Source: Patescibacteria group bacterium (GTDB lineage: Bacteria > Patescibacteriota > Microgenomatia > Curtissbacterales > GWA2-41-24). Taken from it: a stretch of DNA of 64,000 nt. Each line of letters begins with the position of its first letter. The stretch's first letter is position 1. The stretch spans positions 8,485 to 72,484 of the forward strand of contig JBBTUN010000006.1 of assembly GCA_038063735.1 (NCBI GenBank), in the 5' to 3' direction. The notes beneath the pieces are model-generated. The model saw only the letters and a program-made list of their open reading frames with translations. It did not search any database and had not been told where the DNA came from. A program made the position numbers and the translations under genes. Below, in pieces: positions 21,346 to 29,940 of this stretch.

Positions 21346-22464
21346 TTGCAAATACCAACCTATTTTGATATAATCCCATATTTAATGGGAGCAGAAACAG
21401 GACTATTTACAAATACCACTACTAGAAGATCATTTCTAACAGGAGCAGGAAAGCGCGCCCTAGCACTAGCCGCAATCGGAGTCGTAGGTTGTTCCCAAGA
21501 AAATGGCAGTGATCAGGAAATAACCGAGACCAATTCACTGTCTGACAAAGCAGTGAATTTAAGACGCGATATGCGAGCTTATGAGGCTGAGAACACCAAT
21601 ATTCTCACCCAGGAAACCGTTTCCAAGATAGCTAAATATACTGAAGATCTTTTCGGTGAAGTATTTGCAAAGAAAGCCATCCCTCGCCAGATATTAGCAT
21701 TAGATTATGACGAAGCAAAAAAATATGATATAGAGGCAGAGAAACCCCGCGGTGAAGCGTCCATCATATTATTTTCAAGAGACGCAACTGGAGAGATTCA
21801 AATTGACATTCCTTTAATTATATTTCTTGGCAAACCAGAAATCGGCGACCCAGGAGTCAACAAACTATCAGTAATAAGAGCCCTAATCGAACACGAATAC
21901 ACTCATACACAAACAAACGTAAAACTAGCATATAAACTAGACGGGCAAAATTCTATCAGGAAAGGTGTGGAAACTATCAGTGGCAGGACTTTTGAGTATA
22001 CACACAAAAGAGGCCTGAAGTGGGTGAAGGGGCAAAAGAGTTCAGATGCAAGAAATGATATTGCGGGGTATTTTGACGAGATCAACACCCAAATGCTAAC
22101 AGAATATTTCAACGACCCGGAAGGTAATGACCCAATTTTTGATCAAATCATAAAAAGTGAAACTTATAGAACAGGCACACTAGCTGCAAATTATAGATAT
22201 GGGGCTGCCTTATTGAAAAGACTATATGCAAAATTAAACATTTCAATTAGCCAAGTGGAAAACTACCACTTTAACGCAGACCCCAAAGGACTTCTAGAAA
22301 AAATAGATGCTCAAATACTAGCGAGAGAGCTTAAATTAGATAAAGCAGCATCTCTGATTCTAATAGATATTAGCCCGTCTAGCGCGGAATCAATAACTGA
22401 ATTCGAAGAACTCAAAAATCTAGTCGAATATGTTGAGCAATCGACAGAGACTAAAGTTAACTGA
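21346..22464 (+). CDS. Putative Tat-exported lipoprotein with an HExxH motif. The real start is probably the ATG at 21385.
   Basis: TRRSFLTGAG twin-arginine motif followed by the lipobox-like AIGVVGC. An HEYTH motif lies mid-protein. No further family assignment is possible. Confidence 0.45.
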   Translation: MQIPTYFDIIPYLMGAETGLFTNTTTRRSFLTGAGKRALALAAIGVVGCSQENGSDQEITETNSLSDKAVNLRRDMRAYEAENTNILTQETVSKIAKYTEDLFGEVFAKKAIPRQILALDYDEAKKYDIEAEKPRGEASIILFSRDATGEIQIDIPLIIFLGKPEIGDPGVNKLSVIRALIEHEYTHTQTNVKLAYKLDGQNSIRKGVETISGRTFEYTHKRGLKWVKGQKSSDARNDIAGYFDEINTQMLTEYFNDPEGNDPIFDQIIKSETYRTGTLAANYRYGAALLKRLYAKLNISISQVENYHFNADPKGLLEKIDAQILARELKLDKAASLILIDISPSSAESITEFEELKNLVEYVEQSTETKVN

Positions 22465-22476
22465 TAGAATAAGTTA

Positions 22477-23193
22477 ATGTCAACCCCAAAATACAAACGA
22501 GTTCTCCTTAAACTTTCCGGTGAAACATTTCAAGGCAGTCGAGAATTCGGAATTGATCCGCAATTTTGCCAATGGATTTCAAAAGAAATTGTCAAAGCAA
22601 AGGAAAGTGGCACCCAAATTGCAGTAGTTGTTGGCGGCGGAAACATCTTCAGAGGAACTTCTGCCGAAGAAAATGGCCTTGAGCGGACCGTCGGTGATTA
22701 TATCGGCATGCTGGCAACAATCATGAACTCGCTTGCCCTACAAGCTGCCCTGGAAAAAGAAAACCAGCCGGCTAGAGTTCTTTCCGCAATAGACATCAAA
22801 GACGTCTGCGAACCATATATAAGAAGAAGGGCCATAAGGCATATGGAAAAGGGGAGGGTTGTAATATTTGCAGGGGGAACAGGCAACCCTTACTTCACCA
22901 CAGATACAACTGCAGCACTGCGCGCGCTGGAAACCAAATGCGAAATAATCTTAAAGGCAACTAAAGTCGATGGTGTCTACGACAAAGATCCGCTTAAAAA
23001 TAAAGACGCCATTAAGTTTGAAAAGATTGGTTTCAAAGAAGCACTCAACAGCAAAGAAATCGAAGTTCTGGACAACAGCGCATTGTCACTTTGCATGGAC
23101 CATAAAATTCCCATTTTGGTCTTTGACGTTAATTTGCAGGGCAATATCCACAAAGCAGTTTCAGGTGAACTTGTCGGCACCCTCATCTCCTGA
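22477..23193 (+). CDS. pyrH: UMP kinase.
   Basis: 238 aa. VLLKLSGE and VVGGGNIFRG motifs of the amino-acid-kinase-fold UMP kinase. Confidence 0.9.
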   Translation: MSTPKYKRVLLKLSGETFQGSREFGIDPQFCQWISKEIVKAKESGTQIAVVVGGGNIFRGTSAEENGLERTVGDYIGMLATIMNSLALQAALEKENQPARVLSAIDIKDVCEPYIRRRAIRHMEKGRVVIFAGGTGNPYFTTDTTAALRALETKCEIILKATKVDGVYDKDPLKNKDAIKFEKIGFKEALNSKEIEVLDNSALSLCMDHKIPILVFDVNLQGNIHKAVSGELVGTLIS

Positions 23194-23243
23194 TAAACCC
23201 ACCCCATAGTAAAATAGCCCGTTTTAAGTTATAATGGGCAACT

Positions 23244-23813
23244 ATGCCAACAGAACTTGACCGTCCAATTATTTTAGAGATCGACCAAAATGAACTAGAG
23301 ATAGACTCATCTCACGTAAAACAAATCTGGGACGTAGCCAGAGTGGCAAATTTACAAATAGATGCGGCCGCTGGTAATCAGTTTCCAAAAGCAAACCGCC
23401 TTACCGATATCCAAAAATCAAAGCTAAACAACCGCATAAAGGATGTTTTTGACAACCAAAACACACTCGTAGTTCGCTACGGAACATTCGCAGTGGTCCT
23501 AGATAGCGCTCAAGGCGCCTATTATCAAATTGATGATCTTGAAGCCAGACGAGTCCTTTCTGGAAAATCTAGCTCACTTAAAACAAAAGCCTTTTCCGGC
23601 AAGCCGTCTGCAAACATTTCATTTGACGACGCTAGCGCTTGGATAAATGTTTCTTTAGATCAAAAAAGTTTTGCTCACGAATTATACGGACCTGACTATC
23701 CGGATGTTCCATTAATTTATGAAGTGCCAACAGGCCCTGAACCACCAATTCTTCTATTTGGTTTTAATCCATATGCAAAATACTCACTTTACCTCGAAAA
23801 ATCGGTCGCTTAA
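23244..23813 (+). CDS. Hypothetical protein.
   Basis: 189-aa ORF with no motifs recognised. Confidence 0.35.
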   Translation: MPTELDRPIILEIDQNELEIDSSHVKQIWDVARVANLQIDAAAGNQFPKANRLTDIQKSKLNNRIKDVFDNQNTLVVRYGTFAVVLDSAQGAYYQIDDLEARRVLSGKSSSLKTKAFSGKPSANISFDDASAWINVSLDQKSFAHELYGPDYPDVPLIYEVPTGPEPPILLFGFNPYAKYSLYLEKSVA

Positions 23814-24105
23814 GCCGTTTTTTGACTTCTTTTTAGCCACGATCAGCCCATTACAGCGCCCCTAACGGCTTTTTCTTATCTTACCTTTATACCAAACCGT
23901 TTAATTTAATATTTCGGGAACAAAAAGATACTAAAAAACTCTTTTTACATAAAAGAGGGGACAAATGAATCAAACTAGACAAAAGTTGTTTTTTTATATA
24001 AAACCAAAAAAAGAGAAAAGCCTGTTTTTATTAATAATTTGTAACTGGGCACTGGTCATTGGAAATTGTGTATGAACCTCTTCGCACCCTCTCTCAAACG
24101 TACCT

Positions 24106-24136
24106 TACGTCGCAAAAGTATCATTGTGCGACGTAG
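24106..24136 (+). promoter_or_regulatory. Conserved hairpin motif, copy 2, inside an ~800-bp non-coding region.
   Basis: Reads ttacgtcgcaaaagtatcattgtgcgacgtag. The surrounding segment is bracketed by cattggaaattg (24047) and gaaattggtaa...gtaattggtcatt (24196..24228) direct repeats. Confidence 0.5.
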
Positions 24137-24626
24137 TACAGAAAAGGAGATTGCTCTCTCTTCGGAGAAGTACAGACACAAAAGTAAGAACTGAAATTGG
24201 TAAATGGTTATTGGTAATTGGTCATTATTAGCCCCATGTGGGGTCTTCTCCGGTAAACATCAAAAACAGCCCTCCCGTGCCTAATTAGCACTCTTAATGT
24301 TGCTGTGCAAAACTGATTTGTGCACGTGGGGACAAGAGCCTTAACCACAACCCTACTCCAAAACAACAACTCTCAACCCGTATCTCCTAAAAAGGATAAG
24401 CAAAACAAAGTCTTATAGTCCGATTCTCGTAATTTTTCACAATATCTCAGGTCATCTTTTCACATTATTATAACCGTATCAAACTATATCAGCTACTACA
24501 CTTCCCTGTCTCCCTCATTCCTCCACTTTCTATAAAATATTTACGGGTGTTTTGCAGCTAAATCAAATGTCAGGCGCCAGTAGTCAAATGTCCCATTTCT
24601 CCTTCTTCCCTAATAAATACTATAGG

Positions 24627-25430
24627 TTATCCATTCCACTTAGTAGCAACCACAACAATAACCATTACAATAGAGGCAACCGCCAAATGCTCCCAGATAA
24701 CCCTAGGTCTAATCTTCTCATGAAAAACAAACTGTCCGAGTCCCAAAAGTACATACATAATTGTCACCATTATTAGTGCTCCATTAATTGGAGCCACCGG
24801 CCAAAAAGATATGACCGCAGCTATCTCCGCAGAGATTAGAGTAAAGGTGCAGGCATGCACAAACACCTTGCGGGAAATAAAATCCTCAAGCTCGTACGAC
24901 CATAACCCGACAAGATAAACCGGAAAACTTATGACTATAACCGCCGGTACTATTACGTACACCCCAAAGTGCAAAGATAAAAGCACATTTGTTAAGAAGA
25001 ATGTAGAAACCAAAGAAAACAAAAGCCCGACGGCGTGAGCTGCCCTAAGGAGTGCAATTGTCCGAATAGCAGCAATATTGTAGATGTTAGACGTCAACAT
25101 CAAAAGATAGACAGATATACCAAAAACAAAGGCAAATGGGAGTCTCGTTAGCCATCTAACGGGCAGCAAAAAATAAAAAAGCGAAGCGCCTATTACAAAA
25201 TAAACCGGTAAAAGCAAAAGCAAAAAATACTTAATACCCGAAAGCTCACCCCACAGCGCAAACGCTGCCAATAAAACTGACGCAAAACCCAAAACAGCTA
25301 TTGCCTGGTAACGTAAATTTACGGGCACGGTCTGGGTCGCAACCAAAACAAATGACAAAAAAAAAGACATAAATACTAACTTTTGTCTTTTAGTTATTTC
25401 ATATGAAGTAATCCTTTTAAAAAGCCTCAT
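24627..25430 (-). CDS. Polytopic membrane protein, hypothetical.
   Basis: 267 aa with about 7 predicted TM helices. It lies downstream of ruvC on the same strand. Confidence 0.45.
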   Translation of the reverse strand: MRLFKRITSYEITKRQKLVFMSFFLSFVLVATQTVPVNLRYQAIAVLGFASVLLAAFALWGELSGIKYFLLLLLPVYFVIGASLFYFLLPVRWLTRLPFAFVFGISVYLLMLTSNIYNIAAIRTIALLRAAHAVGLLFSLVSTFFLTNVLLSLHFGVYVIVPAVIVISFPVYLVGLWSYELEDFISRKVFVHACTFTLISAEIAAVISFWPVAPINGALIMVTIMYVLLGLGQFVFHEKIRPRVIWEHLAVASIVMVIVVVATKWNG

Positions 25431-25437
25431 CCCCTAC

Positions 25438-26046
25438 TCACTTCCCTTTGTTACTCGCCTTACCCCTTGTACTTTTCTCGCCTTTGGCCCCTTTGTCTCT
25501 TTTGCCCCTCTTGATAACTCCCTTCTGTTTCTCCGTCAACCTCTCCATGTTAGATATTTTTAAATAGTGACATATTGCAACTGCCAGCGCATCTGCCGCA
25601 TCATCTATATATCCGCTTTTGGGCTTTACCAACTTTCTTTTACCCAGATATCTCATTACGTGCTTTTGTATTTCTTTTTTGTCCGACCTTCCACTTCCCG
25701 TTATCGTCGCCTTTACATGTAGCCCTTGATATTCGAATATTGGTATCCTATAGCCCGCAGCAGCCGACAACACTACTCCCCTCGCCTGCCCAACTGTCAT
25801 TGCAGTCCTGGAGTTAACTCCAAAAAACAACTGTTCGATAGATACACAATCAGGTTTATAATATCCTAATAATCTTTTTATATCTTTATGGATACTATAT
25901 AACCTCATTGGCATTTCCATATCCTTTGATGTTACGATACAATCATAATCTATAAGTTCAATCAGTTTGTTGGAATCTTTGTCGTGGATTTTTATTACCC
26001 CATAGCCAGTGGTCGCAGTTCCCGGATCTATGCCGAAAATTATCAT
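25438..26046 (-). CDS. ruvC: Holliday junction resolvase RuvC with a lysine-rich C-terminal tail.
   Basis: MIIFGIDPGTATTGYGVI start, catalytic D/E/D/D positions and a C-terminal KRGKRDKGAKGEK tail. Confidence 0.85.
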   Translation of the reverse strand: MIIFGIDPGTATTGYGVIKIHDKDSNKLIELIDYDCIVTSKDMEMPMRLYSIHKDIKRLLGYYKPDCVSIEQLFFGVNSRTAMTVGQARGVVLSAAAGYRIPIFEYQGLHVKATITGSGRSDKKEIQKHVMRYLGKRKLVKPKSGYIDDAADALAVAICHYLKISNMERLTEKQKGVIKRGKRDKGAKGEKSTRGKASNKGK

Positions 26047-26786
26047 TTTCCCTCTCTAGGTTTCGGCCCGTCATACTCTATTTCATCATCCACTAACCTT
26101 CTCACCGGTTTCTCGCGTGTGGCTTCTTCCACAACATGGGCAACAAGCCCCGGGGTTCTGGCGATGATAAATATTCCTTTGCCTACTTTAGGGTTAAAAT
26201 CCATTTCCAAAAGAAGCGCCGCAATTATTCCATCAATATTAAGAGGTAACGCCTTCCCGCCTCCAGAAAGTTCAGTCTCTAACTTTTGGGCAAACTTTAC
26301 ATACTTTCCAAAAAATCCCAAATCTTTGGCTATTTCAACAAGTGCTTGAGTCCTGGGATCCACACTGTAAACCCTGTGACCAAAACCGCTTAACCTTTCC
26401 CCTCGTTTAGAAAATTCCCCAACCACCTCAGCTGGCACACGCCCGACATATGCCTCAAAATTCTCCATCGCCTTTTCCACCGCTCCACCATGGAATTCAC
26501 CAAATGCCAATATTCCGGCAGCAACCGCTGCCTGCACCGGCGATCCTCCGGAATAAACATTCCGGGCAGCAACAACGGAAGAGGGCGCCACACCATGATC
26601 GATAGAAATTGTCAGTATTGCGTCCAGCATTCTTTCGCTATTTTTGTCCGGTAATTTTCCTTGAAGTATTAAATAAATTGTCCTTGTAAACGAGGGCGAT
26701 TGAGCAAGTTTCGTAAGGTCATAACCATAAACATACGGTTTCCCGTCCTTGTGGGTCGATATAGAAGTTCTGTATGCCTTACCCAT
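26043..26786 (-). CDS. Short citrate-synthase-family protein (citryl-CoA lyase-like).
   Basis: 247 aa containing GFGHRVYSVDPR, the citrate synthase active-site signature. It is too short for a full citrate synthase and matches the size of citryl-CoA lyase / the ACL C-terminal domain. Confidence 0.65.
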   Translation of the reverse strand: MGKAYRTSISTHKDGKPYVYGYDLTKLAQSPSFTRTIYLILQGKLPDKNSERMLDAILTISIDHGVAPSSVVAARNVYSGGSPVQAAVAAGILAFGEFHGGAVEKAMENFEAYVGRVPAEVVGEFSKRGERLSGFGHRVYSVDPRTQALVEIAKDLGFFGKYVKFAQKLETELSGGGKALPLNIDGIIAALLLEMDFNPKVGKGIFIIARTPGLVAHVVEEATREKPVRRLVDDEIEYDGPKPREGK

Positions 26787-26825
26787 TAGCGTATAGTATA
26801 ACTTAAAACAAAATTAATCTTAAAT

Positions 26826-27716
26826 TTAGATAGCATTTTTAATTAGCTTAGGTATATCCTCAAAGTTTTCAGCTACTATTACACCACTTTCTTTTAAAAA
26901 CTTGTTCTTTTCATCCATTGAAAATTCCAAACCTACTATTGCACCCGCATGACCAAGAGCAGTGTCCTTAGGTAAACTTTCCGCAAACTTGCCTGCCAAA
27001 AATATTATCAAAGGCTTTGTAAACTTTTTTTCGCGAACTAACTTTGCTGCCTCTATTTCGCTACTCCCCCCAACTTCTCCAAATGCCACAACAGCTTTTG
27101 TCTGCGCGTCATGTTCAAAATCCAAAAGTAGATCTACAAAAGTTGTTCCAACTAGTAAATCTCCCCCAATACCCACAACAGTAGATTGCCCCAGCCCTGC
27201 ACTTGTTATCATCGACCCTAACTCCGAACACATACCGCCGGATTTGGAAATCACTCCGACAGGCCCTTTACTAAAGGTGATTTTGGCATTCGGTCCGCCG
27301 ATAGAACCAATTTTTCCTTCTCCCGGAGAAATTGCCCCGACCGAATTTGGACCCAAAACCCGAACTCCCGCCTTGCGTGCACGATATAAAATTTTGGCTG
27401 TATCCAAAACCGGAACTTTCTCCGCAAACATATGAACCAGTGAAATTCCAACGTCAATTGCCTCAAGCGCCGCATCCAGTGTCAGTAGTGGCGGTACATT
27501 TACCATAGTCGCGTCAATTGGTCCCACAGCACTAACTGCTTCTTTGACCGAATCAAAAACCGGTAACCCCAAAACCTCCTGGCCGCCTTTTCCTGGGGTT
27601 ACCCCACCAACAACTTTCATACCGTAGTCAAGTAGGTCAACACACGCCGAAAGGCCTGATTTTCCCGTAATCCCCTGGATTAAAACTTTGGTATCTCTAT
27701 TTACTAATATCGCCAT
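26826..27716 (-). CDS. Succinyl-CoA synthetase alpha-like CoA-binding subunit (citryl-CoA synthetase small-subunit-like).
   Basis: 296 aa. CoA-binding Rossmann N-terminus and an ALGHAGAIVG phospho-His loop. Confidence 0.75.
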   Translation of the reverse strand: MAILVNRDTKVLIQGITGKSGLSACVDLLDYGMKVVGGVTPGKGGQEVLGLPVFDSVKEAVSAVGPIDATMVNVPPLLTLDAALEAIDVGISLVHMFAEKVPVLDTAKILYRARKAGVRVLGPNSVGAISPGEGKIGSIGGPNAKITFSKGPVGVISKSGGMCSELGSMITSAGLGQSTVVGIGGDLLVGTTFVDLLLDFEHDAQTKAVVAFGEVGGSSEIEAAKLVREKKFTKPLIIFLAGKFAESLPKDTALGHAGAIVGLEFSMDEKNKFLKESGVIVAENFEDIPKLIKNAI

Positions 27717-27749
27717 TTTTGTTAAGTTCTCGACTTCGCTCGAACAATA

Positions 27750-29090
27750 TTATTCGACCTTGTGGAGAATTTCGTTACTTTTTTCATTTGCCATTTGAGA
27801 TTTGAATTCTTTGGAAAGCTCCACCATTTTTTTACATGCAACAGAAATTGGTGTTTCCGGTCCAAATAAATGGAAATCATAACCCTCTTTTTTGGCAAGT
27901 TTCTTAAGCATTTCGTAAGCTTCCTTTTGTTTTGGCCCGCCTCGTCTTACAACAATTGGGTAACTTGGTCTCGGTTTCACCTCCGCAAGTCCCTGGGCAA
28001 AACCGGCCAAAGTTTCATAAATATCCGTAAAATTAGCAACAGCCCCGGCAACCAAACATCCAGCCAGTCCTTCTTTTGATAATGTTATTTTTGTCAGCTT
28101 CTCGACTTTTTCGCGTGGTGGGTTACCAGAATATTCCGTGTAATTGGAAGGTTTCCCGCCATTTGCAACCAAAGCATCCATAACCAAAAGCGATGCCCCG
28201 CCTCCGGAAGCCAAAACCGCAATGTCTCCACCAAATTCGATAAATGTCGAACCGGCATTTCCCCTGTAATCTTCCACGTCTATTTTTTTTGCCGCCAGTT
28301 CCCTTTTTGTTGGCACAGCTCCCGCTGCACCTTTCGGCAAAACATCTAAATCCCTATGACGCGCCATTCCTGCGTCATCCAAAATTATTTTGGCATCGAC
28401 AGCAATGTAACTTTCACCAACCTTAGCAATCGGGTTAACCTCAACCAACCTGCAATCGTATCGACTAAACGCATCCCACAACCTCATCAAAAAATCAATT
28501 AGATAATCGATATTGTTCGAGCGGAGTCGAGAACCACCACCACTAGACTTCTCGATTCGTCCCGCTATTTGGGACTCACTCGAAGAATAGCTTCCGGTTA
28601 ACATTTTCCTTAGAAGTTTCGGATCCGGGCCCAAAAACGGATTAATATCCACTCTTACAATTTCCTCGGGATTCTTTGCTCGAACCTCTTCAATATCCAT
28701 TCCCCCTTCTTGGGAAAATAACAAAAACGGCACTGCCAAAACCGTGTCGTATGTAATCGAAGCATAAAATTCTTTTTCAATATCCGCCTTTTCCGCCAGC
28801 GTTATAAACCGCACCTCTTCCCCCACTTGCCCTGAGCTTGCCGAAGGGTTAAAGGTTGATCCGAACATTTTTTTACAGAAATCAACAAGTTGCTTTTCAT
28901 TTGTACAAACCTTAATTCCGCCACCCTTACCACGCCTGCCGGAAAGAACCTGCACCTTAGCAACTATTGGAAATTTAATGCGTTTTTTTGCAGCCTGCAC
29001 TTCTTCTAAATTCTCACAAACCACAAAAAACGGGCTCTCGACTCCAACTTTATTTAAAATTTTATGCCCCTCAAATTCGTATAATTTCAT
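27750..29090 (-). CDS. Succinyl-CoA synthetase beta-like ATP-grasp subunit (citryl-CoA synthetase large-subunit-like).
   Basis: 446 aa. The N-terminus MKLYEFEGHKIL...VAKVQVLSGRRGKGGGIKV is an ATP-grasp, and GGDIAVLASGGGASLLVMD is the ligase-CoA domain. Confidence 0.75.
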   Translation of the reverse strand: MKLYEFEGHKILNKVGVESPFFVVCENLEEVQAAKKRIKFPIVAKVQVLSGRRGKGGGIKVCTNEKQLVDFCKKMFGSTFNPSASSGQVGEEVRFITLAEKADIEKEFYASITYDTVLAVPFLLFSQEGGMDIEEVRAKNPEEIVRVDINPFLGPDPKLLRKMLTGSYSSSESQIAGRIEKSSGGGSRLRSNNIDYLIDFLMRLWDAFSRYDCRLVEVNPIAKVGESYIAVDAKIILDDAGMARHRDLDVLPKGAAGAVPTKRELAAKKIDVEDYRGNAGSTFIEFGGDIAVLASGGGASLLVMDALVANGGKPSNYTEYSGNPPREKVEKLTKITLSKEGLAGCLVAGAVANFTDIYETLAGFAQGLAEVKPRPSYPIVVRRGGPKQKEAYEMLKKLAKKEGYDFHLFGPETPISVACKKMVELSKEFKSQMANEKSNEILHKVE

Positions 29091-29111
29091 AAACTAATGT
29101 AAAATTTTAGC

Positions 29112-29537
29112 ATGGATGTTTCAAAAGCAACAGAAGCGGATATCAACGCAATTTTAAAGTTGCAGACTCAAATATATCGAACCGAAAAAATTGCAGACGG
29201 TGCCAAAGCCGCTTTGGCAAAACAACTTAAGGACGATACTTGCGATGTACTTGTTGCCAAGACAAACGATCAAGTCATGGCCACAGCGGTGCTCTATTAT
29301 GTGGCCGTTGCCATCCGAAACAGCCACTATGCCCTGCTCGAAGGCCTGGTTGTCGATAAGTCACAAAGGGGCAAAGGCGTAGGTACAGAATTTTTCAAAA
29401 AATGTATAGAAACCGCCAAAGAAAAAGGCTGTTACAAAATAATCTTTACTTCAGGTTCAGACAGAACAGATGCCCATAAATTCTACGAAAAAAATGGCTT
29501 TGTCAAATGGGGCCTTGAGTTTCGAATGGATTTGTAA
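29112..29537 (+). CDS. GNAT family N-acetyltransferase.
   Basis: 141 aa with QRGKGVGTEF, the acetyl-CoA binding motif A of GNATs. Confidence 0.8.
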   Translation: MDVSKATEADINAILKLQTQIYRTEKIADGAKAALAKQLKDDTCDVLVAKTNDQVMATAVLYYVAVAIRNSHYALLEGLVVDKSQRGKGVGTEFFKKCIETAKEKGCYKIIFTSGSDRTDAHKFYEKNGFVKWGLEFRMDL

Positions 29538-29940
29538 AGTCTAATGGCTCACCATTTTCATCTACTGGATTGTCTAAAAAATCTTTAATTTTTCGTAGGT
29601 CTTCACGAAAAAACACATTTACTTCCGAATTCTTACCATGTCGTATTTTTTTGTTAGCCACCCCAATTTCAGTCATAAAGGATGCAACTCCATCAAAAGC
29701 GTCCCTCCTATTTCCCGAAACTGGCAACCTAAAGCCCAAAGTAAAATACGCTTCTCTAAAATGCGCAACCACAGCTTTAGTTCGCTCATAACTGTTATAA
29801 CTCATACGATCAAGAACACCCTGTTTTTGTCTCCAATCGGCACCCAATGTACGCCAAACCTCTGCTACATACTTTCCAGATCTTTCTTTTGCGCATTCTA
29901 CATATACTTCTCGAGACATGCGAGGCTCAAGTCTTACCAT
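29503..29940 (-). CDS. Hypothetical protein, probably co-transcribed with yebC.
   Basis: 145-aa non-repetitive ORF that starts at the stop of yebC. The opposite-strand ORF 29638..29982 looks spurious. Confidence 0.4.
   Translation of the reverse strand: MVRLEPRMSREVYVECAKERSGKYVAEVWRTLGADWRQKQGVLDRMSYNSYERTKAVVAHFREAYFTLGFRLPVSGNRRDAFDGVASFMTEIGVANKKIRHGKNSEVNVFFREDLRKIKDFLDNPVDENGEPLDFTNPFETQGPI

Noticed and set aside
23814-24626. RNase P RNA, SRP RNA, tmRNA or 6S RNA in the long non-coding gap.
   Set aside because: None of the conserved cores I know (AGGAAAGUCCGGGCUCC for RNase P; CCGGAAGGAAGCAGC-type SRP helix 8; tmRNA 3' end GGTTCGAATCC...CCACCA) could be found by eye. This is left as unassigned.
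26826-29090. Plain succinyl-CoA synthetase (sucCD) annotation.
   Set aside because: It is not excluded. It is considered less likely because the partner gene is a 247-aa citrate-synthase-family fragment in the same operon, which is the ACL/CCS-CCL arrangement. It needs phylogeny.
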